A DNA stretch of 32,000 bases from Faecalibaculum rodentium (GTDB lineage Bacteria > Bacillota_I > Bacilli_A > Erysipelotrichales > Erysipelotrichaceae), in the NCBI RefSeq assembly GCF_001564455.1, contig NZ_CP011391.1, positions 2,460,001-2,492,000 of the forward strand, written 5' to 3'. This document shows, in pieces, positions 8,382 through 16,319 of this stretch. The notes under the pieces were generated by a model that made no database searches, was not told the DNA's origin, and was given only the letters and a program-made list of their open reading frames with translations. The position numbers and the translations under genes are program-made. How positions within the stretch are numbered: the first letter of the stretch is position 1; each line of letters begins with the position of its first letter.

Positions 8382-9446
8382 TCAGCGGGAGGAGACCACG
8401 CGTTTTGTCAAGCGCTTCACCCGCCGCCACAAGCCGATGAGGGGATGAAACTTTTCGGAAATCATGGCGGATTTCTCGATGAACAGCTCCACCATCACGA
8501 GGATCGCCAGCATGACGAAGAACCCCAGGTTGCGGTTGAGCAGGTACACATAGGCCGAGAGCCCGAACAGGGCGGTGAGACCGCACATGATCAGCACGGT
8601 GTTGCGGTGACCGTACCGGGCCATGAGCAGGTGATGGATGTGGCTTTTGTCCGCCTGGGAAAACTTCATGCCCTTGAGGGTGCGCCGCAGGATCGCCGAG
8701 AGGGTGTCAATGATGGGAATCATGAGCAGCAGGATGGGCAGGGCCAGCGTCATGATGGTGCTCGACTTGAATCCCATGAGCGAGATGGCGGAAATCATGA
8801 ATCCCAGGAACAGGGACCCGCAGTCGCCCATGAAGATGCTCGCGGGGTAGGAATTGAACACCAGAAACCCCAGGGTGGCGCCGGCAAGCAGGAAGCAGAT
8901 GGTGATCACGTCCGGACGCCGGTCGATCATGGCCAGGCAGCCGGTGACCACGAGGATGATCACGGACATCCCGCCCGCCAGGCCGTCCAGGCCGTCAATG
9001 AGGTTCACCGCATTGGTGATGCCGCAGACCCAGAGGATCGTGAAGAGAAAGGACACGAATCCGAAATCGATGCGGATCCCGAAAGGCAGCCGCAGTACAT
9101 CCACCTGCACGCCGCTCCAGATCAGCACCAGGGCGGCAACGGCTTCAAAGGCCAGCTTCACCGGCGGCTTGATGTCGATGAGGTCATCCACCAGGCCGGT
9201 GAAAAACATGACGCTGCCTCCCGCCAGGATCCCGAACACCGCCCGGTCGGCGCGGACAAACACGGCGGCGCAGATCATGAACGCCAGGTAAATGGCCACG
9301 CCCCCAATGCGGGAAATCAGGCCGTGGTGGACCGTTCGCTTGTTTTCATGGGCGTAGGCTTTGCAGATCACGGAATACTGCTTCACCAGCGGCGTGAGGA
9401 CAACGGAAATCGCGAACGGCAGCAGATACAGACTGGCTTCAGGCAT
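8382..9446 (-). CDS. tagO: Glycosyltransferase family 4, undecaprenyl-phosphate GlcNAc-1-phosphate transferase (WecA/TagO/MraY superfamily)
   Basis: 354 aa polytopic membrane protein with 'GLVDDLIDI' and 'ITNAVNLIDGLDGLAGG' motifs. Confidence 0.85.
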   Translation of the reverse strand: MPEASLYLLPFAISVVLTPLVKQYSVICKAYAHENKRTVHHGLISRIGGVAIYLAFMICAAVFVRADRAVFGILAGGSVMFFTGLVDDLIDIKPPVKLAFEAVAALVLIWSGVQVDVLRLPFGIRIDFGFVSFLFTILWVCGITNAVNLIDGLDGLAGGMSVIILVVTGCLAMIDRRPDVITICFLLAGATLGFLVFNSYPASIFMGDCGSLFLGFMISAISLMGFKSSTIMTLALPILLLMIPIIDTLSAILRRTLKGMKFSQADKSHIHHLLMARYGHRNTVLIMCGLTALFGLSAYVYLLNRNLGFFVMLAILVMVELFIEKSAMISEKFHPLIGLWRRVKRLTKRVVSSR

Positions 9447-10479
9447 GCTCTTCCTCCCTTCTCACGGGATACCCCAGGGTCTGGACCAGGGTCTGGGGCA
9501 GACCGAAGCAGGCCGACAGGCTGCCGCGCAGACTCAGCCCTTCCTTCATGAACAGCTCCCGGGCTTCCATGCTCGCGGCCTCCAGCAGGCTGCCGGTCCA
9601 GGACACGATCTGGTCAATGACCGGCTTCATGCCCGGCCACAGTGCCGCGGCCCGGATCTGTACCGTTTCATACTCGCCGTAGCGGTTGAGGCCACTGACT
9701 TCCAGCAGGGGATTGGTACCCTTCCAGAGTGCCTGACTGGCCGACAGCCGCAGGGCGCGGGCGTCTTCCAGGTGCAGCAGGCAGCGGGTCCTGCGGGCCA
9801 CGAGCTGCTGGATGTCTTCATCCATGGCCCGGCCGCCGAACAGGATGTACTGGCTTTTCACCAGCCGCCCGCCGGCAAAGAGACCCAGTTCCGTTCCGGC
9901 GTATCCTGTCTGGATCACCAGTGCCGTGCCGGACTCCTGGAGCCTTGGCACAAACCGCACCTTCCTGGCCCCGGCTTCCAGGCCGGTCTTTTTCCACAGT
10001 TCCTTTCCCTCCTCCGTGATGTCCAGACGTGTGCGGACCTGCAGACAGGGGGACAGAAACCGGTCGAAGGCCCCTGCCTGGCGAAGCAGCAGGCCGATGA
10101 GTGCCGCGCTTTCACGCCCCGGGCGTTCCTGGTCAAAGGGCCGCCACACCTTGTAGTCCCGTGGTCCTTCGTACAGGCGCTTCATGGCATCTTCTCCCAG
10201 CCAGATCTGCCCGGAGGCATCTTCCCCGGCCAGCGACCGGATGGACACCTGCACCGGACGGGCTTCGACGCCGGCTTCTTTCGGGGATGCAGGGGAGTCT
10301 GTCGACTGAGCAGAGGCAGCCGGGACCGGGCCCGCCACACTCTGTGTCTCTCCGGCTGTTTCTTTTGCGTCCCCGGACTCTGACCGGCCGCTGCCGACAG
10401 TCCCCGTGCCGGTCTTCGGGCAGGTCATGGTGCACACATCCGCCCCGGGATCCAGGGTGTACCAGGTATCGAATATCAT
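9439..10479 (-). CDS. Divergent MreB/Mbl-like actin-fold protein with degenerate nucleotide-binding motifs
   Basis: 346 aa. By-eye colinearity with MreB, for example 'LGEDAMKRL', 'GTALVIQTGYAGTELGLFAGGRLVKSQYILFGGRAMDEDI' and 'GLSLRGSLSACFGLPQTLVQTLGYPV'. A low-complexity G/S/T/A/P insert lies near the N-terminus. Overlap-coupled to both neighbours. Confidence 0.72.
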   Translation of the reverse strand: MIFDTWYTLDPGADVCTMTCPKTGTGTVGSGRSESGDAKETAGETQSVAGPVPAASAQSTDSPASPKEAGVEARPVQVSIRSLAGEDASGQIWLGEDAMKRLYEGPRDYKVWRPFDQERPGRESAALIGLLLRQAGAFDRFLSPCLQVRTRLDITEEGKELWKKTGLEAGARKVRFVPRLQESGTALVIQTGYAGTELGLFAGGRLVKSQYILFGGRAMDEDIQQLVARRTRCLLHLEDARALRLSASQALWKGTNPLLEVSGLNRYGEYETVQIRAAALWPGMKPVIDQIVSWTGSLLEAASMEARELFMKEGLSLRGSLSACFGLPQTLVQTLGYPVRREEEHA

Positions 10480-10685
10480 CGTGCGAACCCGTTGAGCACC
10501 GTCAGGGACAGGATGGCCTGGCTGGCGAGATAGCCCATGATCAGCGACACGAGAAAGAGGAAAATCAGAGCTTTCTGCCGGTCGGGATGCTTCCAGAGGG
10601 CATCAAACCGCATGCCCCACAGGGCGTAGAACGACAGCCCGAAGCAGACCAGGAACAGGGAAAACTGCAGGAATGCGTAACTCAT
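10476..10685 (-). CDS. DUF1146-family small membrane protein
   Basis: 69 aa with two hydrophobic helices flanking 'WGMRFDALWKHPDRQKA', as in YwzB-type DUF1146 proteins. ATGA overlaps on both sides. Confidence 0.78.
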   Translation of the reverse strand: MSYAFLQFSLFLVCFGLSFYALWGMRFDALWKHPDRQKALIFLFLVSLIMGYLASQAILSLTVLNGFAR

Positions 10686-11572
10686 GACGACTCCCTCCCC
10701 GATCCTGCGGATCCGGATTCCGCGGGTGCCCCGGCATGCACCACCTGCACAAAGGGATGACGGTGCCGCAGCATGAGGGCCGCGTTTTCCAGCACCTCCT
10801 GGTCCACGGAAAAGCCCATCATGGCCGACCCAGAGCCGGTCATCATGACCCGCACCAGACCCAGTTCCGTCATTTCCTCCCGAAGCTGCTCCAGTTCCGG
10901 AACCAGGGCCATGGCCGCGGGCTCCAGACTGTTGACCATTGTCGACAGCAGCAGCTCGGCGTTGTGCTTGTGCAGGGCTTCCTCCACCAGGTCTATGTCA
11001 TGCAGCCCCGTTTCGGTTTCCTCCCATCGGGCAAACGCCTCCGGTGTGCTGACTCCTGCCTCGGGCTTCACCAGCAGCAGGTCGAAGCCCCAGTCCGTGT
11101 CGATGGGCCGGATCAGTTCCCCGATTCCGCGGACGCGGCTTGTGCGCCCGGCAATGCAGAAGGGGACATCCGCCCCCACCCGGGTCCCGAGTTCATAGAG
11201 ACGCTCTTCGCCAAGTCCCAGGCCTTCCAGCCGGTTCACGGCTTTGATCACCGCCGCGGCATCCGCACTGCCCCCGGCCAGACCCGCCTGTTCCGGGATC
11301 CGCTTGGTGATGTGAATGTCATACCCGCCGATGGTTCTTCCCTGGCAGGAGGCCTCTTCCCGCAGGATTGCCATGGCCTTCGTGACCGTATTGGTTTCCG
11401 GCAGAGGTGCATCGCACGTGATGCGGTCCGTATCTGCGCCGTTGGGTGTGATGTCGATCGTGTCCTTCAGCGACAGCGGGGCCATCACCATGTCCAGTTC
11501 GTGGTATCCATCCGCCCGCCGACGCACCACGTCAAGGGCGAGATTCACCTTTGCATTTGCGTATATCTTCAT
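10682..11572 (-). CDS. ispE: 4-diphosphocytidyl-2-C-methyl-D-erythritol kinase
   Basis: Start set at 'MKIYANAKVNLALDV' (ATG 11572). GHMP kinase motif 'IPEQAGLAGGSADAAA'. The longer track ORF to 11728 overlaps rsmA and looks spurious. Confidence 0.92.
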   Translation of the reverse strand: MKIYANAKVNLALDVVRRRADGYHELDMVMAPLSLKDTIDITPNGADTDRITCDAPLPETNTVTKAMAILREEASCQGRTIGGYDIHITKRIPEQAGLAGGSADAAAVIKAVNRLEGLGLGEERLYELGTRVGADVPFCIAGRTSRVRGIGELIRPIDTDWGFDLLLVKPEAGVSTPEAFARWEETETGLHDIDLVEEALHKHNAELLLSTMVNSLEPAAMALVPELEQLREEMTELGLVRVMMTGSGSAMMGFSVDQEVLENAALMLRHRHPFVQVVHAGAPAESGSAGSGRESS

Positions 11573-12413
11573 AATTTTCCTCATACAGACGGATGAAAGT
11601 CTCCAGGTCCAGGTTCTGTGCCCGGGCAGCGGGATCGATCCCGGCCTTCTCCAGGATCTTCGCCGCAAGCTCCTTGTCCTGCAGCCACTGCCGCAGGTTG
11701 TTGGAAATGGTTTTCCGGCGCTGCACAAAACAGGCCTTCACCATATCGATGAACAGCTTCTCGTCCCGGACAGGGTGATCCTTGATGAAGTCGAACCGCA
11801 CCACCGCGGAATCCACATTGGGACGCGGACTGAACACCTGCCGGGAGACATCCATGACTTTCCGGACATGGGTCCGGTACCGGGTGATCACCGACAGGGC
11901 ATTGTAGTCCGGACTGCCGGGTCCTGCTGTGAAGCGGTCCGCCACTTCCTTCTGCATCATCGCCGTTACACTGGCGATGTCGGCACCGGATTCAAACAGC
12001 CGGAAGAGGATCGGCGTGGTGATGTAGTACGGCAGGTTGCTCGCAAACCGCACCTTCTGCCCCGGTTCGCAAAACTGGTCAATGATGTCCTCCACTGGCG
12101 CTTCCAGGAAGTCCTGCAGGATCACCGTCAGGTTGTCGGCCCCCAGCTCCGCCTGCAGGATCTCCGGCAGCCGGGGATCCACTTCGAACGCCACCACCTT
12201 CTGCGCTTTTTCGCACAGAAACTGCGTCAGTGCCCCGATGCCGGGGCCGATTTCAAACACCAGATCCGACGGATCGTCAATGGCGCTCCGGGCGATTTTT
12301 TCCACCACACCAGGTTCCGTGATAAAGTTCTGTCCGAATTTCTTTTTTGCCTGCAGCCCGTAGCGGTCCTGGATTTCCCTAGTCCGCCGGACCGTCGCAA
12401 TCGCTTCCTGCAT
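11532..12413 (-). CDS. rsmA: 16S rRNA (adenine1518/1519-N6) dimethyltransferase
   Basis: 293 aa with 'KKFGQNFI' and the SAM motif 'VFEIGPGIGALT'. Confidence 0.93.
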   Translation of the reverse strand: MQEAIATVRRTREIQDRYGLQAKKKFGQNFITEPGVVEKIARSAIDDPSDLVFEIGPGIGALTQFLCEKAQKVVAFEVDPRLPEILQAELGADNLTVILQDFLEAPVEDIIDQFCEPGQKVRFASNLPYYITTPILFRLFESGADIASVTAMMQKEVADRFTAGPGSPDYNALSVITRYRTHVRKVMDVSRQVFSPRPNVDSAVVRFDFIKDHPVRDEKLFIDMVKACFVQRRKTISNNLRQWLQDKELAAKILEKAGIDPAARAQNLDLETFIRLYEENYEDIRKCKGESRP

Positions 12414-13011
12414 CCTGCACCAGCCTTTCCGCTTCCTCTTTCGTGATCCCCAGCAGATTCATCCGCCTGAAACACGTCTTCGCATTGCAGGGACCCATGT
12501 GCAGCAGCCGGCACACGGCTTCCCGTTTCTTCCGGTTTCCATTCAGACCCAGATCCAGGTACTCGGACCAGCTCAGCGTGTCGGTCTGCCGGTGTGTGAA
12601 CGTTACACAGGCAGAAAGCGCCGATTCCAGGTCCTCCCGACTGGCATGCTCGATTCCCACCTTTTTTGTGGTTCTCGCCTTTTCCTTCGGGACAAATGCC
12701 TGTCCGGCCTCCGGCAGTGCCTCCATGATTTTCCGCCGCAGCCGCTCTCCCGGGCCATCGGGATCCGTAAACACGATCACGCCCCGGGTCTTCGCTGCCT
12801 GCCGGATCAGGTCCAGCGTCTCCGGACGCAGGCGCCCGCCATCAGTTTCCACGGTATCGCAGTCAAAGAACCGCTTCAGTCTCGCAGTGTCGTTTTTGCC
12901 CTCCACCACGATGACCTCGGCGATGGACAGCCGCTCCATGGTCTGCTGCCCGGATCCGCTTCTCTTCTGTTCCTCTGTGCGCCGCATGGCGTTCATAGTC
13001 TCCATGGTCAT
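12379..13011 (-). CDS. rnmV: Ribonuclease M5 (Toprim)
   Basis: 'VIVVEGKNDTARLKRFF' and 'VIVFTDPDGPGERLR' Toprim motifs. An alternative start is at 12939 (MERLS...). Confidence 0.85.
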   Translation of the reverse strand: MTMETMNAMRRTEEQKRSGSGQQTMERLSIAEVIVVEGKNDTARLKRFFDCDTVETDGGRLRPETLDLIRQAAKTRGVIVFTDPDGPGERLRRKIMEALPEAGQAFVPKEKARTTKKVGIEHASREDLESALSACVTFTHRQTDTLSWSEYLDLGLNGNRKKREAVCRLLHMGPCNAKTCFRRMNLLGITKEEAERLVQDAGSDCDGPAD

Positions 13012-13014
13012 GGG

Positions 13015-13887
13015 CTACACCGTCCCGTGCGGGGCGACAAATCCTTCCCCGTGCACCGAGTTGACATCGCTGACGATGATGAATGCATTCCGGTCAATGG
13101 CCAGCACTCCCTGCTCAAGCTGCGGATACTGCGTGCGGGCAATGACACACATCACCACCGGCCGGCTGGTTTCCGTATAGCCGCCTTTGGAGTCCAGCAG
13201 CGTCACGCCGCGTTCCAGGTCCTCCAGAACAAACCGCCGCACAGCCTCCCACTGATCCGTGATGATCATCACATTCTGCGAAGGCTGGGATCCCAGCATG
13301 ATGGTGCGGTTGATCATGTATCCCGACACGAAGACCGAAATCAGCCCCACGAGCGCCGCCTGCAGACCGTAACTGGCAATGCCCAGGGCCACCGTCAGCC
13401 CATCCACCAGCATCACCGCTTCCCCCTCCTTGATGGGGGTGTACTTGGCCAGGATCAGTGCCGGAATGTCCATCCCGCCGGTCGAGGCACCGGTCCGGAA
13501 CACGAGACCCAGCGCCAGACCACAGAGAAATCCGGAGTAGATCGAAGCCACCCAGGACTCCATAATAAAATACCCCGGGGGGAAACAGGTCTGGGCCACC
13601 CAGGTGAACAGACTGACAAACAGCGGATAGAGAATCGCCGAGAGCAGGGAATTCATGGCGAATTTCTTCCCCAGCATCACAGCACCCAGGATATACAGTC
13701 CAATGGTCAGGCCGTTGATCATGGCAACGGTGGGAATGTGCAGAAGGGGATACAGTGCCACAGACACACCGGCAACACCGCCGGTCAGGATTTCATTGGG
13801 GACGATGAGAAAGGCCACGGCCGCCGCAAGCATCAGGTTGCCTGTCACGACCAGACCCAGTGAAACGAACTTCTTCATGTTCTTCAT
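13015..13887 (-). CDS. YitT-family membrane protein (C-terminal DUF2179)
   Basis: 290 aa polytopic protein with a soluble C-terminal domain 'VMCVIARTQYPQLEQGVLAIDRNAFIIVSDVNSVHGEGF'. The true start may be the second ATG at 13878. Confidence 0.85.
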   Translation of the reverse strand: MKNMKKFVSLGLVVTGNLMLAAAVAFLIVPNEILTGGVAGVSVALYPLLHIPTVAMINGLTIGLYILGAVMLGKKFAMNSLLSAILYPLFVSLFTWVAQTCFPPGYFIMESWVASIYSGFLCGLALGLVFRTGASTGGMDIPALILAKYTPIKEGEAVMLVDGLTVALGIASYGLQAALVGLISVFVSGYMINRTIMLGSQPSQNVMIITDQWEAVRRFVLEDLERGVTLLDSKGGYTETSRPVVMCVIARTQYPQLEQGVLAIDRNAFIIVSDVNSVHGEGFVAPHGTV

Positions 13888-13894
13888 TATAGCA
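13886..13894 (-). promoter_or_regulatory. Extended -10 promoter TGCTATAAT for the yitT operon
   Basis: The minus strand reads TGCTATAAT-GAAGAAC-ATG (ATG at 13878). The hexamer overlaps the first ATG at 13887. No SD is present. Confidence 0.5.
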
Positions 13895-14017
13895 TTGATG
13901 GCAGGACTGCCATGGCCGGACAGCCGGAATCCCGCTGCCTGTGCGCACCCGGGCTGCGGCTTTTCTTTCTCCGCTTTCCCTGGGATTCCCCGCTTCCCTC
14001 CGTTTGCCTGTCATTTT

Positions 14018-14055
14018 CCTTTGTTTCCTTATATAACCTTTGTTTCCTTATATAA
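14018..14055. repeat. Perfect tandem duplication, 2 x 19 bp (CCTTTGTTTCCTTATATAA)
   Basis: 14018-14036 is identical to 14037-14055. It lies between the DUF2075 stop and the yitT promoter region. Confidence 0.92.
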
Positions 14056-14093
14056 AAGGAATGCGGCTGATTCCTGCCACATTCCCGTACCCT

Positions 14094-16070
14094 TCAGTTT
14101 CTGTCTCCTGTTTCCCTCCCTGCCGATACTGGCAGTCCCGGCAATGATGCGGATGACGGGGATGCGGCTGGTGCGAACAGGGCCTGCAGGTGCCTGCCCA
14201 GGGCCCTGTCCGCACACCAGACAAAGCACCCTTTTCTGGCCCGTGTCAGCAGCACCCGGTAGGTGTTTCGGATCACATCGTCCGCTTCTTCCTGTTCTTC
14301 CATCCGCAGCCGCACCCTTGCCTGCAGGCCACCCATGAGCCGGTCACTGACAGACCTGGCTCTCCAGTCCGTCTGCACCCGGTCATGCCGGTACACCAGA
14401 TCCGGGCCGATGAACACACCGGTCCAGTCGGCTTCCTGCCCCTGGATGTCCTGCACCGAATCCACCAGCCTGTATCCCGCGGGCGCCGGAGCCTGCCGGC
14501 AGTCCGTTTTCCAGATGCCCCGAAACCCCGGGCCGATGTGAAAACCCCGCCCCTCTGGTTCAGGCTTCTGCCTGGACTGCGGCCAGCACCTGCCCGCACA
14601 CAGCCGGACAGAGTCACCGGCTGCTTTTTTCCTGTCCAGCGCCCGCACCACTGCCTGGGGTGTGGGCAGGATATGAAATTCATATCCCGAACAGACGGGG
14701 ACTGCATCTGTCGACTGCAGCGGCTCCCCGGCACGATCCAGGACTTTGTCCACCCATGCCGGGAACCCGGCTCCCCCGGCACAGCGCAGCTGCATCCTCA
14801 GCGGCGGGAGCTCCCGGAGGGTTTTTCGCCTTTGCGGATGGGTCCGGTTATGCAGCGCCACACAGCGCCGGATGTCAGCCAGGGTGCATCCATCGTCCGG
14901 ACTGACACGCTGTGACTCATCCAGAAACAGAACCAGGTGCCGGCTCTGATCTGCCAGCCAGTCCAGCATGGGTGCCCGAAGGCAGCAGTCCAGATCCGGG
15001 GACAGGACAGCCTTCGCCGGGAGGATCGGCCTGTCCCGGCGCGTGAGGCGATGGGCCTCATCCACCAGAATCACCTCGGCCTGGCGGTGGACAGGGGGCC
15101 CGAAGACCGCCAGAGGCTGCAGTGTCTGAAATACAGCCGGCGGCAGACCCCCAGCCGTGTCCAGCTGGTCCCGCATGTAATGACGCAGGCCGGCGGTTCC
15201 AAAGGTCAGCAGGCAGGATTGCCCGGCGTGCAGGCAGTGAAAGAGCAGCTGCAGGGCCAACGCGGTTTTTCCCGTGCCGCAGCCGCCGGTCACCACCATG
15301 AGCGAAGGCCGGCTGTCTTTGAGAATGGACAGGATCTGTGCAAAGAGTGGCTGACAGAGTGCGGGCAATCCGGAACTGCCCCCGGTTTCCGGCCGGATCA
15401 TATCCGTCAGCAGCCGTCGCAGTCCGGGACCGGGACGAACCGGGGCGCTCTGCAGAAGCCCGAGCAGATCTCCGGCGGGGGCCGGTCCCAGGGATGACTG
15501 CAGGCATCGGATCAGTGCCCCGCCATCACCCGCAAAAAAGAGGGAAACAGATCCCGAACCGGGGACCTCAAGGGGCAGTTCTCCCTGTTGCCGGTCCATA
15601 TTGTGGAGCCAGACCGCTCCATGCAGGGACAGGGCCCTCTCCTGCAGGACCTGGTTCCAGCTGGCCAGCTCGCTGACATATCCGGCCGCCTGCAGACAGG
15701 GATGCAGGACTGCCTGCAGGCAGCCGCCGGTCCGGGTCATCACCCGGCAGGGATCTGATGACGGACTGACCTGGCGCCACTGTTTCAGTTCCAGCACCAC
15801 GAGACCAGCGGCACCGGCCAGGATCACATCCGCCCGTCTGCCGGAAAGCGGCATGCGAACCTCCAGTCCGACCTGGATGCCGGGATCCAGGGAAGTGCCC
15901 GACAGAAGCCCGGCCAGCGCAGAGAGGGAATTCTGCCAGGACCTGTATTCACCTTCGGTGACAGGATACCCGGCGGCCACAAGCCTGGTTTCCAGCAGAC
16001 CTGCCAGCCGGCTGCCGTCTTGTGCCCGGGCGATGAATTCCTGCAGGGTGAACCGGCAGAGACTTTCCAT
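14094..16070 (-). CDS. DUF2075 / Schlafen-group-3-type P-loop helicase with N-terminal PD-(D/E)xK-like nuclease module
   Basis: 658 aa with RBS AAAGGAGAAACC. N-terminus 'SWQNSLSAL...GLEVRMPLSGRRADVILAG..VVLELKQW' (E..D..ExK). Walker A GGCGTGKT at 15264-15287. Walker B 'ILVDEAHRL' (DEAH at 15051-15062). C-terminal 'YRVLLTRARKGCFVW'. Confidence 0.85.
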   Translation of the reverse strand: MESLCRFTLQEFIARAQDGSRLAGLLETRLVAAGYPVTEGEYRSWQNSLSALAGLLSGTSLDPGIQVGLEVRMPLSGRRADVILAGAAGLVVLELKQWRQVSPSSDPCRVMTRTGGCLQAVLHPCLQAAGYVSELASWNQVLQERALSLHGAVWLHNMDRQQGELPLEVPGSGSVSLFFAGDGGALIRCLQSSLGPAPAGDLLGLLQSAPVRPGPGLRRLLTDMIRPETGGSSGLPALCQPLFAQILSILKDSRPSLMVVTGGCGTGKTALALQLLFHCLHAGQSCLLTFGTAGLRHYMRDQLDTAGGLPPAVFQTLQPLAVFGPPVHRQAEVILVDEAHRLTRRDRPILPAKAVLSPDLDCCLRAPMLDWLADQSRHLVLFLDESQRVSPDDGCTLADIRRCVALHNRTHPQRRKTLRELPPLRMQLRCAGGAGFPAWVDKVLDRAGEPLQSTDAVPVCSGYEFHILPTPQAVVRALDRKKAAGDSVRLCAGRCWPQSRQKPEPEGRGFHIGPGFRGIWKTDCRQAPAPAGYRLVDSVQDIQGQEADWTGVFIGPDLVYRHDRVQTDWRARSVSDRLMGGLQARVRLRMEEQEEADDVIRNTYRVLLTRARKGCFVWCADRALGRHLQALFAPAASPSSASLPGLPVSAGRETGDRN

Positions 16071-16319
16071 GGTTTCTCCTTTCCGCTGTGATCTTCATGA
16101 CCCGGCTGCCAGTCCTGCCGTGCGGCTGCCCGGAGCCGGTCACACAGCCTGGCTTTGCGGCAGCATGAAGCGCTTTCATATGCGTCCAGAGGCCGATACG
16201 CAAGGAGTTTGCCTGCAATTGTCTGAAATTTTATGACTCTTTTCTGACAAACTGTGTGATTTTTTGGGACTATCCGCTACAATAGGCCTTGTTCAGAACC
16301 AGAAAGGAGACTCTGACAA

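Noticed and set aside
8364-9551. 395-aa plus-strand ORF rich in H/D/E/G/Q
   Set aside because: It is the mirror frame of the tagO-like membrane protein gene and is a compositional artefact.
12499-13863. 454-aa plus-strand ORF
   Set aside because: It is antisense to rnmV and the yitT-family gene and has no recognisable domain.
13888-14017. Riboswitch-like leader for yitT (GCGGGGAAUCCC / GCGGGAUUCCGG echoes of the c-di-AMP ydaO motif)
   Set aside because: There are only two short GGGGA/AUCC-type similarities. The hallmark conserved segments of the ydaO class are absent, and the best promoter (TGCTATAAT at 13894-13886) lies downstream of this stretch.
16071-16319. Purine riboswitch upstream of the NCS2 purine permease
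   Set aside because: I looked for the conserved purine-riboswitch core (three-way junction with UAUAAU...UAUGG...CUACCG-like loops) and found nothing resembling it. There is only a TACAAT -10-like hexamer (16278-16283) and an RBS.
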